64,000 nt of DNA from a virus (taxonomy: Duplodnaviria; Caudoviricetes), in IMG/VR virus record IMGVR_UViG_2602041658_000005, positions 1-64,000 of that record, one strand, 5' to 3'. Position numbers and translations under genes: made by a program. Below the pieces are notes generated by a model. It did no database searches and was not told the DNA's origin. It was given only the letters and a program-made list of their open reading frames with translations. This document shows, one piece after another, positions 46,842 to 57,088 of this stretch (its first letter is position 1; every line of letters begins with the position of its first letter).

Positions 46842-47783
46842 TTACATGTTAGGTTCTTTAAAAGTAGAACCGTTAGACTTTTCGGCTCTTTCTAATTGTT
46901 CTATTGTAAAAATGGGAACTCGCCAACACTTACAATTGGGGTGTGGGTATTCTTCATTTATATCTGCTTTATGTAAGCCTACCTCTGCATCGCATAAAGA
47001 GCAGGGGTATGAGCTTCCGCGCTGCTGATAATAATACTCTACATTAGAGGATTCAAACTCCATAAGTTGCTCTCTCATCCACGCCATATTCATAGTAGTT
47101 TTAGCCATATTAATAACATTAACGGCATTGCTACTACTTGCGCCTATGGAACTCAAAGGGACATTATCAACGCTGTGATTGCCATGTGAAAGGAGATACA
47201 TAGCCTGCATAGCGATTATATTCTTCTTAGACATGGCAAGGCGGACTTCAGGGGTAGCGTAAACAGAGTGCAGTGAGCTTTTTATTTTAGCTATGGCAGC
47301 TGATTTTGTAAAATTAGAATTATTCTCCATAGAGAGTTTTATAGCAGCTATAAGAGCCTCTAAATCGTATAAATATCTAAACAAATAACCTCGCAAGGTA
47401 TCTTGCAAGGTATTATTTCTACGTCCTAACGAAGCAATGTAGGCTACTATGGCTTTTTTGCTTTTTTCGCTTTTAGTATTCTTTACCGAATATTCTACGA
47501 TGAGCGTCATTATCTCGTCCTCTATACGGTTCATGACCTCTTCGATTTGAGCAAACATCTGCTTGTTAGTGGTTAGCTTAAAACTTTTAGCAGGAATGTT
47601 GTACATAAGACATATTTGCGCAATCTCGCCAGCGGCGTTGGTAAGAATATTATCTATACGTGTACCTAAGCTGTTAGAGGTATATTCTCTTTTAAGAATA
47701 AAGTTTTTAGCCTTGTTAATGTCTTGCAAGGTGGGTTTAAGAAACTTTGTCGTATCTATTTTAATATTTATAGTCTTATCCAT
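46842..47783 (-). CDS. Minor head protein (SPP1 gp7 / Mu F-like)
   Basis: C-terminal CSLC...YPHPNCKC; downstream of portal. Confidence 0.75.
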   Translation of the reverse strand: MDKTINIKIDTTKFLKPTLQDINKAKNFILKREYTSNSLGTRIDNILTNAAGEIAQICLMYNIPAKSFKLTTNKQMFAQIEEVMNRIEDEIMTLIVEYSVKNTKSEKSKKAIVAYIASLGRRNNTLQDTLRGYLFRYLYDLEALIAAIKLSMENNSNFTKSAAIAKIKSSLHSVYATPEVRLAMSKKNIIAMQAMYLLSHGNHSVDNVPLSSIGASSSNAVNVINMAKTTMNMAWMREQLMEFESSNVEYYYQQRGSSYPCSLCDAEVGLHKADINEEYPHPNCKCWRVPIFTIEQLERAEKSNGSTFKEPNM

Positions 47784-48108
47784 TGTGTGAGGCTAAACGT
47801 TCTTTTTCTTTCTTCTCTATGATGCGCATGGCTTTAACCTGTTGTCTTGTCATGGCTTTGATGATAGTGTTTTGTACTTTCTCTAAGACAAACTTAGGAG
47901 TGTCATTATCTCTGATAAAAACAGGATAAGCCCATCTCCTGTATTTTTTAAAGAAGAGTTGTCCGTCTTCTGAATCTATTTTGATAGCTATTCTCAAAGT
48001 AGGTATCCAAAGATCCCTTTTACCCGGTTTATTTACAGCTCTGGCGTATTTAATATTATTTTCTTCGAGAAACTTTTTAACCTTTTCGAGCTTGTTAATA
48101 TTCTTCAT
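47776..48108 (-). CDS. Hypothetical protein with degenerate nuclease-like motif
   Basis: RDLWIPTLRIAIKID. Confidence 0.5.
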   Translation of the reverse strand: MKNINKLEKVKKFLEENNIKYARAVNKPGKRDLWIPTLRIAIKIDSEDGQLFFKKYRRWAYPVFIRDNDTPKFVLEKVQNTIIKAMTRQQVKAMRIIEKKEKERLASHNG

Positions 48109-48160
48109 AAATAACAGAAAATATAGTCTTCACTTTTTACAATCTATATATACCATGTTA

Positions 48161-48865
48161 CTATGTTCTCCATTTACAGCCTACACGGTATGTGTTAGCT
48201 TGTACTTGGAATCCATAGTTGAGTGTAGTAAAAGTATAACCTTCAATATCACGGAAGTGAACTCCTTTCATTTGAGTCCATATAAAGTGAGTTATCTTTT
48301 TAAAATATCTCTTTTTTACTCCGTTTTTGATTATTTTTACTATAGTAGAAACAGATTTGCCGATTTTTTGTGCAATAGTTTTGTAAGAAAGTCCTTTTTC
48401 GCAGTATTTGTTTCCATAACCATACCTCCTACATACTTTTTGCGCTTCTTTGACTTTTTTAGGGTTGTGAGCGTGATGTGCATTGTGAATAGCATGTTTA
48501 CAGAAATCTTTTTGCTGTTGAATAAGTACGACTTGCAAAGCCTGCAATGATTTTTCTACTGTTTTTACGTTTTTAAAGTCCATGTTGCCAATATTCATGT
48601 TTCTATCTTTGTGTTTACTCACCGTAGAGCGAAAAACGAGGCTGTTTTTCTCCACAAAGATAAGTCCATGTTCTTTTAATGTACGCAATCTCTTTTTAAT
48701 AGTGTTAGCGTGCATTCCGGTCATGTCATGAATAAGGTTTATTGAATATTTATGCAAAATAGAGGCTTTAGTCTTACTTTTTATTAAGTAAGCCATAGCT
48801 ATTGCTTTGAGTAAAGCAGTGTCATGGAAAGTTTCCTTCACTAAAGACCGTCTAATATGCTTCAT
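48161..48865 (-). CDS. Double-HTH DNA-binding protein
   Basis: INLIHDMTGMHANTIKKRL; SYKTIAQKIGKSVSTIVKII. Confidence 0.6.
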   Translation of the reverse strand: MKHIRRSLVKETFHDTALLKAIAMAYLIKSKTKASILHKYSINLIHDMTGMHANTIKKRLRTLKEHGLIFVEKNSLVFRSTVSKHKDRNMNIGNMDFKNVKTVEKSLQALQVVLIQQQKDFCKHAIHNAHHAHNPKKVKEAQKVCRRYGYGNKYCEKGLSYKTIAQKIGKSVSTIVKIIKNGVKKRYFKKITHFIWTQMKGVHFRDIEGYTFTTLNYGFQVQANTYRVGCKWRT

Positions 48866-49107
48866 ACGCGATCTAAGAAAAAAAATGTGAGGGCGTTATA
48901 AACCGATTGTGAAAACTTTTTCAGCAAAAAAAGACAATCTACTTTACAACTCCCTCTTTATTTAGTAGCCTTTCGGCTTTGATTATTATTTTATTAAATT
49001 TCCTTACTGAAAAAGATTTCTTTAGCGCGAAGGTATAAAGTGAAAAGTTTATAACCCCGTGGAAAATCAAAAATCTTAAAAGAAATACCAAAAGTTTTTT
49101 GTTAATC

Positions 49108-50862
49108 TTAGTGTTTCGCATTGTAAGCATCCCATTTAGAGTATGCTTTACCCTTTGTAGGGTCAACTTTATTGCGGTTAGCATCCCATAAGAACTGCCC
49201 TTTCCCTGAAATTATTTGTGCCTTATCCTTAGCGTTATTGTTGGAAGTGTCTTTCGATAGGTCGGTTTTCTTTTCAGAAATCTTATTTATCTCTTCTGTT
49301 TGCTTTATAGAGTTTTGAGTTTGCACATCTAACTTTTGTTCTGTCAGCAATAAATCCATTTCCTGTTCATGTTTTTTCTCTGCGAGTATTCTATCCCATT
49401 CTTGGGGTGTAGAATAAACAGATTTTTCAGAAGCTGTTTGTTTGGAAAGGAATCCGTTTTGAACCTGCATGGCGAGGTTATTTGTAAGTTCTGTTTCATT
49501 TAAATGGACGTATGGCTTTATGTAATGGGAAATAGGTGTGCTTTTAAAAAGTAGCTGATTATTAGTTTCTACACCGTACCCAAAAGAGAAGATGTCGACC
49601 ATTTTATCTACAACCTGATCGTATTCGTTAGCATCAGCCATAGCTTTTTCATACGCAGGCGAATATAAAATTTTAAGTGCAGCAGCAGGTAAGTCTCCGG
49701 ACTTTAGTTCTGGTGGTATAACAGCGAAAGATTGCGTATAGATTTGCTTTTCTAAAATTTCGAGTTCTTTTGCATAACCTGTGCTTGCATCTTGTTTATT
49801 AAGGAAGCCCATGTCCCCGTCAGAGGGTAGGAAGAATATTTTAGAGGCGTGGCTCATATCTTGCTTGCTAACCTCTTCTGACCCTTCCCCTTTCACGTAC
49901 ATGATAGGTAAGCCAAAGTCGTGGTTACTTTGCGCCATGCGTGAGAACGCCATTTCATAGTTGTCGATAGTTTCTTGCGAGAGAGTCCAACATGCTCCCA
50001 TGTCATCTCTATGATAAGCTACGGGTATAGAATCGAACCCATGTGTTTCTTTTATTTCGAGCGAGTAACCTTTAACATTAAAGAGATTGTCGATAGCTTG
50101 TTTAAACTTCTTTAAAGCTGTGGTAGCTTCGCCATCGGCTTTAAATCTGTAATAATAAGTATCGTCCCAAACATCTATATACCTATTAACTACATTACCA
50201 TTATCAGCGTAATTACAGTAAGTCCGGGCTAAGAGGTTAAGCCTTCCGGTTTTTGTATCGTAGTGAGGGAAGATTTTGTCGCCTTTTAAGAAAGATAGGA
50301 TTTTCCATCCAAAGCGTTTATTATCAAGATAACCTACCATAGCACCATCACCGGTGGCTTTAACGGATTTAGCCAAGAGATACCATGCTGTTTCCATGTT
50401 ACGTTCTTGCCAGCCTCGTTTAAAGGTGTTGTATGTTTTTCTTGACTTGTCATCGTCTTTCTTATCGGCAAGTTCAAACTGAATATCATTACCGCAAAGA
50501 TGTGTTAGCTGTTTGTTTAAGATGACATATTGAAAGCTAAAAGCATATCTTGGGACTTCTTCTAAATACCACAATCCTTTTCCTTCTTCTCTTGTGTCTT
50601 GCCGCCATATATCATGATAATATTCGCGGTCGTTGATGAGGTGTCCGTAAGGGTCGAGTTCTCTTGCGAAATCTTCTTGTGTTACGATTTTGCGATGTAG
50701 GTAATCGTAAATAGGGGCTTCCTCCATAGTATTGCCAAAGCGTTCGCCATGATTATAATGCCCATTAGGCTTTATTCGAGTAAAGGGTTTTTTTGTTAGC
50801 AGCTCCCTTACGTTAAGGGTGCGCGCTTGGTCTTTTTTTATATTTATTTTGGTTAAATCCAT
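49108..50862 (-). CDS. Portal protein (SPP1 gp6-like)
   Basis: 584 aa after TerL; LCGNDIQF, GFDSIPV, IDNYE, LPAAALKILY, GFLSKQT. Confidence 0.85.
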   Translation of the reverse strand: MDLTKINIKKDQARTLNVRELLTKKPFTRIKPNGHYNHGERFGNTMEEAPIYDYLHRKIVTQEDFARELDPYGHLINDREYYHDIWRQDTREEGKGLWYLEEVPRYAFSFQYVILNKQLTHLCGNDIQFELADKKDDDKSRKTYNTFKRGWQERNMETAWYLLAKSVKATGDGAMVGYLDNKRFGWKILSFLKGDKIFPHYDTKTGRLNLLARTYCNYADNGNVVNRYIDVWDDTYYYRFKADGEATTALKKFKQAIDNLFNVKGYSLEIKETHGFDSIPVAYHRDDMGACWTLSQETIDNYEMAFSRMAQSNHDFGLPIMYVKGEGSEEVSKQDMSHASKIFFLPSDGDMGFLNKQDASTGYAKELEILEKQIYTQSFAVIPPELKSGDLPAAALKILYSPAYEKAMADANEYDQVVDKMVDIFSFGYGVETNNQLLFKSTPISHYIKPYVHLNETELTNNLAMQVQNGFLSKQTASEKSVYSTPQEWDRILAEKKHEQEMDLLLTEQKLDVQTQNSIKQTEEINKISEKKTDLSKDTSNNNAKDKAQIISGKGQFLWDANRNKVDPTKGKAYSKWDAYNAKH

Positions 50863-50887
50863 ATAGCGTATGTGTGTTTAAAAAAAA

Positions 50888-53533
50888 TTAGAAATTTCTT
50901 ACCCACGATGGTATTTTGACGGCTCTTAGGTTAATTTCAAAATACATAATCATCATTAAAGCCTCAAAGAAGTCAGGGGAGTGCTTTACAAGTCGTTTCA
51001 TTTGGTCTTTCTTTATTAAACACCAACCTTTATCGAGCTTGTTAATGTCTTGTCTTATACATTTTCGTTCCATTTGCAGAATATCTTTGAGAGGTTTCCC
51101 ATCATATCCTTTTCCCGAGAATTTCCGTTCGAGCAGCGTAGGTTCGAAACTTATCTCGGCTTGTTGTATTTTTTGAGCGAACATATAAGCGCATTGACTT
51201 TTTACGTTGTCATATACGTTTCTGTATTTTGGCTGTACAGCTTCGATGTTGTTAAAAGGAATTGCATTTTTAAAGAACCCCTTAAACGTTTGCCCTAATC
51301 CGTTTAAATCGTATAAGAAGTGGTTTTCGGACACTCCCCATTCGGCTAATTTTGCTTGTACGGCTTGGCAAGTTTGCATGGAATCGAGTTGGCAAACAAA
51401 GATGTCAGCCAAGTGCCATCCGATCCAATGCCAAAGGACGCAGTTGTCGCCTCCTGTGAAAGCCACGTCGCAGGTAGCTCTATGTACGTGGTCGCCAAGC
51501 ATTTGGTCATTGAGAAAACATTTTGCCAAGTGGGACATACTTATGAGGTCTTCTCCTGTTTCGATAAAATTCCAATTCCCCTCAACCTCTCTTGCTCTTG
51601 TGGCTTCGTCTTGATTGTAGAGTTTAGCTAAATAGCTTCGGTCGTTTTTTAAAAGAATCTTGTTATCAGTAAGTTCTGCCTTTATGAACGTAACGGAACT
51701 TACAAAGAAACTTTTTTTGTCATACCCCAACTTTTCTAATTCGCTATTCCATTGCCTATCAATATCGCCTTTACATTGCATATAAACCTCTTCGGGCGTG
51801 TTGCCCCAAACGATGTTGTCAACAGAGGTGTCTCCCATGTAACAATACCTAATAACGCCATTTCTTTCGGGGATAGGTGTACCTTTGTCGTCTATATACC
51901 AATCTATAAACACCCTTAACCATGACAAGGGGTCGGGGTTGCATGTTCCAACGAAGCGCGATTTTATTCCGCTTGAGTTTCTGTTAGAGGTTAAAAGAAA
52001 CTTGAACGTTTCAAAAGGCATCTGTGGAAGCTCGTCGACGCCGATGTACGCTATCTGCTGTCCACGATATTTGTCGTCAAAGTCTTGATAAGGCATGTCG
52101 AAATATCCAAAGCCTAAGTCGGCTCCAGAATTAAAATACCATGTCATATCGTCTTTTGCCACGTTATAATGTCCGAAATTAGAATATAGCTTTTTGCTTT
52201 CACGAATAATGTTTCTAAAGTCGCCCTTGTTCTTTCTTAGAATAATCCCATTAAAATTAGGGTTATTTATATCATACATAGCTTCCATGAGAAGCGTAAA
52301 AGTGTTGTGATTTACTGTATAGGCGTTAGACAAATAGAGATGGTCTTTACCTGAAACGGTAATACATCTACACTTCCTTTTCTTCTTATTTTTTTTAATC
52401 CATACAATCTTTTTGGTTAGAACATCTTTGCAATAAGGACTTCTTGGTTTGCTTGCGTTTAGCTGCGACTTGTACTTATAAGACATTTTATAGTAAATAT
52501 CTCCATCGTCCGGGCAGATAAAAACAATACCTTTCCACCCATAACGTTCGGGCTTTTCGACAACATCATATATCTTAGCCCATATGCCTAAAGAACGAGC
52601 AAGAGAGGCAACGTCTTCGATGAGCTTCTTATTAGAAAGCTCTAAATGTGGGTGTTTCTTGAAAGAGAACCCATATTTATAGAATACGCCTCGTAGGAAC
52701 TCCCAACGAGCAGAAATGCTTGCCGTCATGTACTCTTTAGGGATTCGTGCTAAGTGTCTCATGCGTTTAGAGGTTATTGCTTTGCGTGCCTGGTCTGTAA
52801 TGCCTTTTAAAAGATACTTTCCTTGTCGTTTTAGAATGCGATAACCTAAACTTGTGCATTTGTTAGCTATATACATCTCATGTTCTAAATTAACACCGGC
52901 AGTAGGGAACTCAAGATAGCCATCACTACACATATAGCCCAAAAGGAAAGGGTGTATAGGTAAATCAAGTTCAGTAATATTCTCGTTCATCTCAACCTCT
53001 CCGGGCAAAGGAATTTCAAAGAAAGTATCACCACCTTGCCTCAAAGAGTTAGGGGGCATAGAGCTTAGCTTGTAATAATTGAAAATATCTCTTGCAACAT
53101 ACTCTTTAAACTCTCTATCTCTACCATATCTTGCCCAAAAGCGGTGGTTGTCCATACATTGCAGACTTGTGCCATCATCAAAATGTAAAGTGTATACATA
53201 CTGCTCGCCTTGCTCAAAAATCTGTTGGACTTTCTGTATACCATCATAAGGGGTACAAATGCAATCGCCAACCTCTAAAGACCCCATAGTAACAAAGCCG
53301 TTAGGCGTGGCAATAGGGGTGAAATAGGTATTAGCTTTACCGCCGCCACGGTTACCTCCTGTTATGAGAATATCTACGTTGCTGTGCAGATCGTCTTCTT
53401 GCGCTCCTTCTTGGGGTATAAATACGTTTTTTAAATTTTTATTCTCAATATCTTCTCTGCATTTTTTTATAAAAGAATTAGTGTAAATGCGTTTACCAGA
53501 AAGACTTGTTAATTTAGTGAAATCATTACACAT
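50888..53533 (-). CDS. terL: Terminase large subunit with intein
   Basis: Walker A GGNRGGGK/T split by intein; YIGVDE; GTCNP; nuclease DVAFTGGD and SPD motifs. Confidence 0.92.
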   Translation of the reverse strand: MCNDFTKLTSLSGKRIYTNSFIKKCREDIENKNLKNVFIPQEGAQEDDLHSNVDILITGGNRGGGKANTYFTPIATPNGFVTMGSLEVGDCICTPYDGIQKVQQIFEQGEQYVYTLHFDDGTSLQCMDNHRFWARYGRDREFKEYVARDIFNYYKLSSMPPNSLRQGGDTFFEIPLPGEVEMNENITELDLPIHPFLLGYMCSDGYLEFPTAGVNLEHEMYIANKCTSLGYRILKRQGKYLLKGITDQARKAITSKRMRHLARIPKEYMTASISARWEFLRGVFYKYGFSFKKHPHLELSNKKLIEDVASLARSLGIWAKIYDVVEKPERYGWKGIVFICPDDGDIYYKMSYKYKSQLNASKPRSPYCKDVLTKKIVWIKKNKKKRKCRCITVSGKDHLYLSNAYTVNHNTFTLLMEAMYDINNPNFNGIILRKNKGDFRNIIRESKKLYSNFGHYNVAKDDMTWYFNSGADLGFGYFDMPYQDFDDKYRGQQIAYIGVDELPQMPFETFKFLLTSNRNSSGIKSRFVGTCNPDPLSWLRVFIDWYIDDKGTPIPERNGVIRYCYMGDTSVDNIVWGNTPEEVYMQCKGDIDRQWNSELEKLGYDKKSFFVSSVTFIKAELTDNKILLKNDRSYLAKLYNQDEATRAREVEGNWNFIETGEDLISMSHLAKCFLNDQMLGDHVHRATCDVAFTGGDNCVLWHWIGWHLADIFVCQLDSMQTCQAVQAKLAEWGVSENHFLYDLNGLGQTFKGFFKNAIPFNNIEAVQPKYRNVYDNVKSQCAYMFAQKIQQAEISFEPTLLERKFSGKGYDGKPLKDILQMERKCIRQDINKLDKGWCLIKKDQMKRLVKHSPDFFEALMMIMYFEINLRAVKIPSWVRNF
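52304..53335 (-). mobile_element. Ala1 intein (344 aa) with degenerate LAGLIDADG domain in TerL Walker A
   Basis: ANTYFTPIATPNG...VGD; DNHRFW; LLGYMCSDG; FLRGVFYKYG; CRCITV; ends HN/T. Confidence 0.88.
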
Positions 53534-53555
53534 ACTAAAAACTTTATTGATTATA

Positions 53556-53660
53556 ATGCAAAAATACCTATTATTCAGGTCGTTATGCTGTTTTTTGACA
53601 AAAATGTAAAAGATTTTTGTGATTTTTTTTTTACATGAAATAAAATGCTTTTATTTTTGT
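53556..53660. promoter_or_regulatory. Back-to-back promoters for divergent packaging and capsid/tail operons
   Basis: TATTTTTG on minus (~53559-53566) and on plus (~53652-53659). Confidence 0.5.
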
Positions 53661-53686
53661 GAAAATATTTTACAAAAAACAGAAAA

Positions 53687-54517
53687 ATGGAGAAAGAAGC
53701 TCTTATAAATGAATTGAAAGCTAAGGTTGGAGAAGACGATTTTAGCGTGTTATCGGGTCAGACCGTGGATGCTCTTGTAACTACGTTTCTGCCATCGTTT
53801 GCGGATGACGAAAAAATTACAAATGACACTTGGAAACTGCCGGTAGAGGTATGTAAAAATTATGTTGGTCAATACCGCCATGATTTAGCTACCAAAGCAG
53901 CAGAGGAAAAAGCTCGTTTGGAAAGGGAGAAAGAAGAGGCTGTAAAAACTCTTGTTGAGAAAAAATTAGAGAGTTTGAAAGCCGAGTGGGAAAAGGAGCA
54001 TAAAAACGTAAAAGAGGAAACCGATAACAAACCTATTCACAGCGATAAAGATGACTTTGTAGTAAAAGCTATTGAGGAGTATAACAAGAAACTTTTTGGT
54101 GAAGACGGCAAGAGTGGTCTTATCGGGGGGCAGCTAAAAGCTACTTCTGATTTTATTGCTGAATCTGTAAAGGCTACTGAGGCTGAAAAAATAAAAACCA
54201 TTAAGCAGCAACTCAAAGATTATTTACAAAAAGACCGAAAGGCTTCTCGTGAGCCTGTAGTAAACCTATCGGTGGGCGACTTGGAAATTACACCAAAATC
54301 GGACATTAACGAGCTAAAAATAGAGGTAGAAAAGATCTACGAAGAGCGTTATAAAGAGTTCTATGGTGATGGTGGAAAGCCTTTTGGCGGTGATACTTTG
54401 GGTGGTGATAATGGTGATGACACAGACCTTGAGGTGAAGAAGTATTTGGAAGCGCGGAAAAAAGCCGACGAGGAGAGAACTAAGATACTGGAAGCCAGTC
54501 GCCAAACATTTGTATAA
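53687..54517 (+). CDS. Putative capsid scaffolding protein
   Basis: Charged, helical, upstream of capsid genes. Confidence 0.6.
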   Translation: MEKEALINELKAKVGEDDFSVLSGQTVDALVTTFLPSFADDEKITNDTWKLPVEVCKNYVGQYRHDLATKAAEEKARLEREKEEAVKTLVEKKLESLKAEWEKEHKNVKEETDNKPIHSDKDDFVVKAIEEYNKKLFGEDGKSGLIGGQLKATSDFIAESVKATEAEKIKTIKQQLKDYLQKDRKASREPVVNLSVGDLEITPKSDINELKIEVEKIYEERYKEFYGDGGKPFGGDTLGGDNGDDTDLEVKKYLEARKKADEERTKILEASRQTFV

Positions 54518-54551
54518 TACATATTGTTAAACAAGCAAAAGAAAGAAAAAT

Positions 54552-55154
54552 ATGTCAAAAGGAACATTTAATCAATCGGTATGCTATTCAAACAAGATAG
54601 GTGGCTACCGTAAAGTCTTTGAGGGTCATGTTGCAATGCTTGTTGGTGGTTTCAATTGGGATTTGAAAGATTTACCAGAAGCAGGTAATGTCTTACCAGC
54701 AGGTACACCGGTGTATATAGACGAGGAAGCTCGCACCATTAAGCCTCTTTGTGGTTTTAAGGTGGTAAGCAACGAGGGAACAACTCTGACCGTAGAAAAA
54801 GGTATTTTTGGTACATGTGCTAAAGTAGGAATGACCATAGGCGGGCAGAAGGTGAAAGCTGTGGACATTTCAAAACACTTAGTAGCAGTTCTTACAATGG
54901 AAGCAGCTGTGAACAGCGTTAAGAAAGGCGATGTAGTGTATGGAACGGTGGACGGTGAGGATATTACAGGAAAGGTAAACGCTCTTACCCCTTACGACAT
55001 TTGTTTAGACGGCAATGCTGTCAGCGCAGATGGCGATGGTGTATGGAAGAGTGAATATCCTGTTTTGGTAACTCGCATGCCTCCTGTTACAGACGAGGTT
55101 TTGAAAGCATTAAACAGTAATGGTTGTTTTTTCCGTTTTAGTAAGCGTCATTAA
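54552..55154 (+). CDS. Putative head decoration protein
   Basis: VLPAGTPV motif; directly upstream of MCP. Confidence 0.6.
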   Translation: MSKGTFNQSVCYSNKIGGYRKVFEGHVAMLVGGFNWDLKDLPEAGNVLPAGTPVYIDEEARTIKPLCGFKVVSNEGTTLTVEKGIFGTCAKVGMTIGGQKVKAVDISKHLVAVLTMEAAVNSVKKGDVVYGTVDGEDITGKVNALTPYDICLDGNAVSADGDGVWKSEYPVLVTRMPPVTDEVLKALNSNGCFFRFSKRH

Positions 55155-55171
55155 AAGAAAGGGTAAGTACG

Positions 55172-56314
55172 ATGAAAGAAACTAATCAATATTCTATTGG
55201 CGATTTACGTCAATATATAAGTCCGGGAAACTTCGGTATGATTTTGGATAACTCCAATGCGCGCTATAATGACGCTATCTGGCGTAGGTTTGCTATGTGG
55301 GGTACACCAAGCGATGACAGAGAATGGGTACAAGGTCAGAAAGAAACACCAATCATGGTGCGTGCTTCTATACTTGGTACACACTCTAACAAGCCACAAA
55401 GAAACGGTGGCGGCTGGAAGGTCTACACAGGGTCTGTGCCTAAGATAGGTCATGGCTACTCTATAGACGAGGACGACCTATTTACAATAAGAAAGAATAA
55501 GAACATGCAGGGTATTCCTACCTCTATTCTTATGACAGACTTAGTAACAGACCGTAGTGCGGCTATGATAGGTGGTGTTCATGCCGAGCTTAACTATCTC
55601 ACCCTGCAAGCTCTTTCTACGGGAGCTATACATGATGTATCGGTAGACGGTACGAGTGTGGATTATAAATTCCCTATAGAGGATAGTCATTATTTGAAGT
55701 TAGCTAAAGCTAAAGAGTGGTTTAAGAAAGCATCAGGAGGTAAGGTGGTGGATAATGAAACCGCAGACCCTATAAGCGACATTTTGAATGCTCAAAATGT
55801 TTTAACTAACGAATTAAACCTTTCAGTAGACCATTGGAAGATAAGCAAAGAACTATTCCGCCGTCTGATTCAGCATAAGAACGTGGTAGCAAAGTGTGTG
55901 GCAAGAGCTAACTACTTTGATAAAGACAACGTTCATTTAACAGATAAAGAGGTAGCTACATTCTTACACGACATGGGGGTATGGATGTTTGATGTAGTGG
56001 ATTACAAATCTCGCCATGAGGTAGACGGTGTAAGCACTGCTGATGCACCTGCTTTTGATGAGCATAACTTAGTAGCGTTTAGTTCGCAGATTATCCCATT
56101 TGAGATGAAGTGTACTAACAGCGTTATGATAGACCGTCAGAAATTAGGTCAGATAGGTAGCAACCACAATTACTATCTCGTAGAGGATCGTATTGCAGTG
56201 TTATCAACTACTGAAGAGCGTCCTTTCAAGAATATTGTAGACTGCGAGCTTTATGCGGCACCTGTCTTTAACAATATTAGAGAGATTGGGTTCTTAACAG
56301 CATGGTCTGAATAA
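55172..56314 (+). CDS. Major capsid protein (lambda gpE-like)
   Basis: 380 aa; PKIGHG, LQALSTG, ADPISDI; synteny. Confidence 0.8.
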   Translation: MKETNQYSIGDLRQYISPGNFGMILDNSNARYNDAIWRRFAMWGTPSDDREWVQGQKETPIMVRASILGTHSNKPQRNGGGWKVYTGSVPKIGHGYSIDEDDLFTIRKNKNMQGIPTSILMTDLVTDRSAAMIGGVHAELNYLTLQALSTGAIHDVSVDGTSVDYKFPIEDSHYLKLAKAKEWFKKASGGKVVDNETADPISDILNAQNVLTNELNLSVDHWKISKELFRRLIQHKNVVAKCVARANYFDKDNVHLTDKEVATFLHDMGVWMFDVVDYKSRHEVDGVSTADAPAFDEHNLVAFSSQIIPFEMKCTNSVMIDRQKLGQIGSNHNYYLVEDRIAVLSTTEERPFKNIVDCELYAAPVFNNIREIGFLTAWSE

Positions 56315-56335
56315 CTAAGAGAAAGACTATAGACT

Positions 56336-56737
56336 ATGGAATGTGGAATATATACCATATCTAAATATCTTAAGGGCAAAGTCAGGAACATAAACGTTCC
56401 TGACGAGGCTCTTCTTTCTATATTGGCAGATAATGACTTGGCTCCTGATACGGAATATACAGAAGTGTCAATAGAAAAGAAAGAACTATGCGTGGCAGAT
56501 TTGTATGCTTGGGTAGCTTTATCGCCAACATCATCGAGCAGGGTGTCGGATAAAGATGCTCATTGGGAACATAGCGAGGGCGGCGAAACGATGTCGGCTT
56601 CTGTATTAAACAGCTACATGCGTATGGCTAACTCTATATATAAGCGGTATGGCAAGCCTATGGTAGGTGCAAGCAAATGGGGTATGGTAGGAAGAGGATT
56701 TCACAACATAAGAAACGGTAGAGATAGAAACCTTTAG
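56336..56737 (+). CDS. Putative head-tail adaptor
   Basis: ELCVADLY, ANSIYKRYG; synteny. Confidence 0.6.
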   Translation: MECGIYTISKYLKGKVRNINVPDEALLSILADNDLAPDTEYTEVSIEKKELCVADLYAWVALSPTSSSRVSDKDAHWEHSEGGETMSASVLNSYMRMANSIYKRYGKPMVGASKWGMVGRGFHNIRNGRDRNL

Positions 56738-56752
56738 ATAGAAAGAGAAGAA

Positions 56753-57088
56753 ATGACAGACAACCCACGTTTTCCACATAAATGCAGGATAATAAGGCAT
56801 AGCGACAATGGCGACCCTATGACAGATGAAGATGAAGGAATAGTGATATATGAGGGTGAATGTCGTGGGTATGATAAGCTGACAACCTCAATAGGTGGTG
56901 ATGTGATAAGCTCATATAGAGAGCTGTCGCTCCCTTTAACACAATGGGAATGGCGGAAAGATACTATTCCACAAGAGGGAGACAGAATAGAATTAGACAA
57001 AGGCAGCTATGTGGAAAAAGGCGAGGTGGTAGACCGTATGCCGGGAAATTTGGGAACTCATTTGCTTTGGAAATATGTCAGAAATTAA
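56753..57088 (+). CDS. Putative head closure protein
   Basis: RFPHKCRI, IYEGEC; synteny. Confidence 0.55.
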   Translation: MTDNPRFPHKCRIIRHSDNGDPMTDEDEGIVIYEGECRGYDKLTTSIGGDVISSYRELSLPLTQWEWRKDTIPQEGDRIELDKGSYVEKGEVVDRMPGNLGTHLLWKYVRN

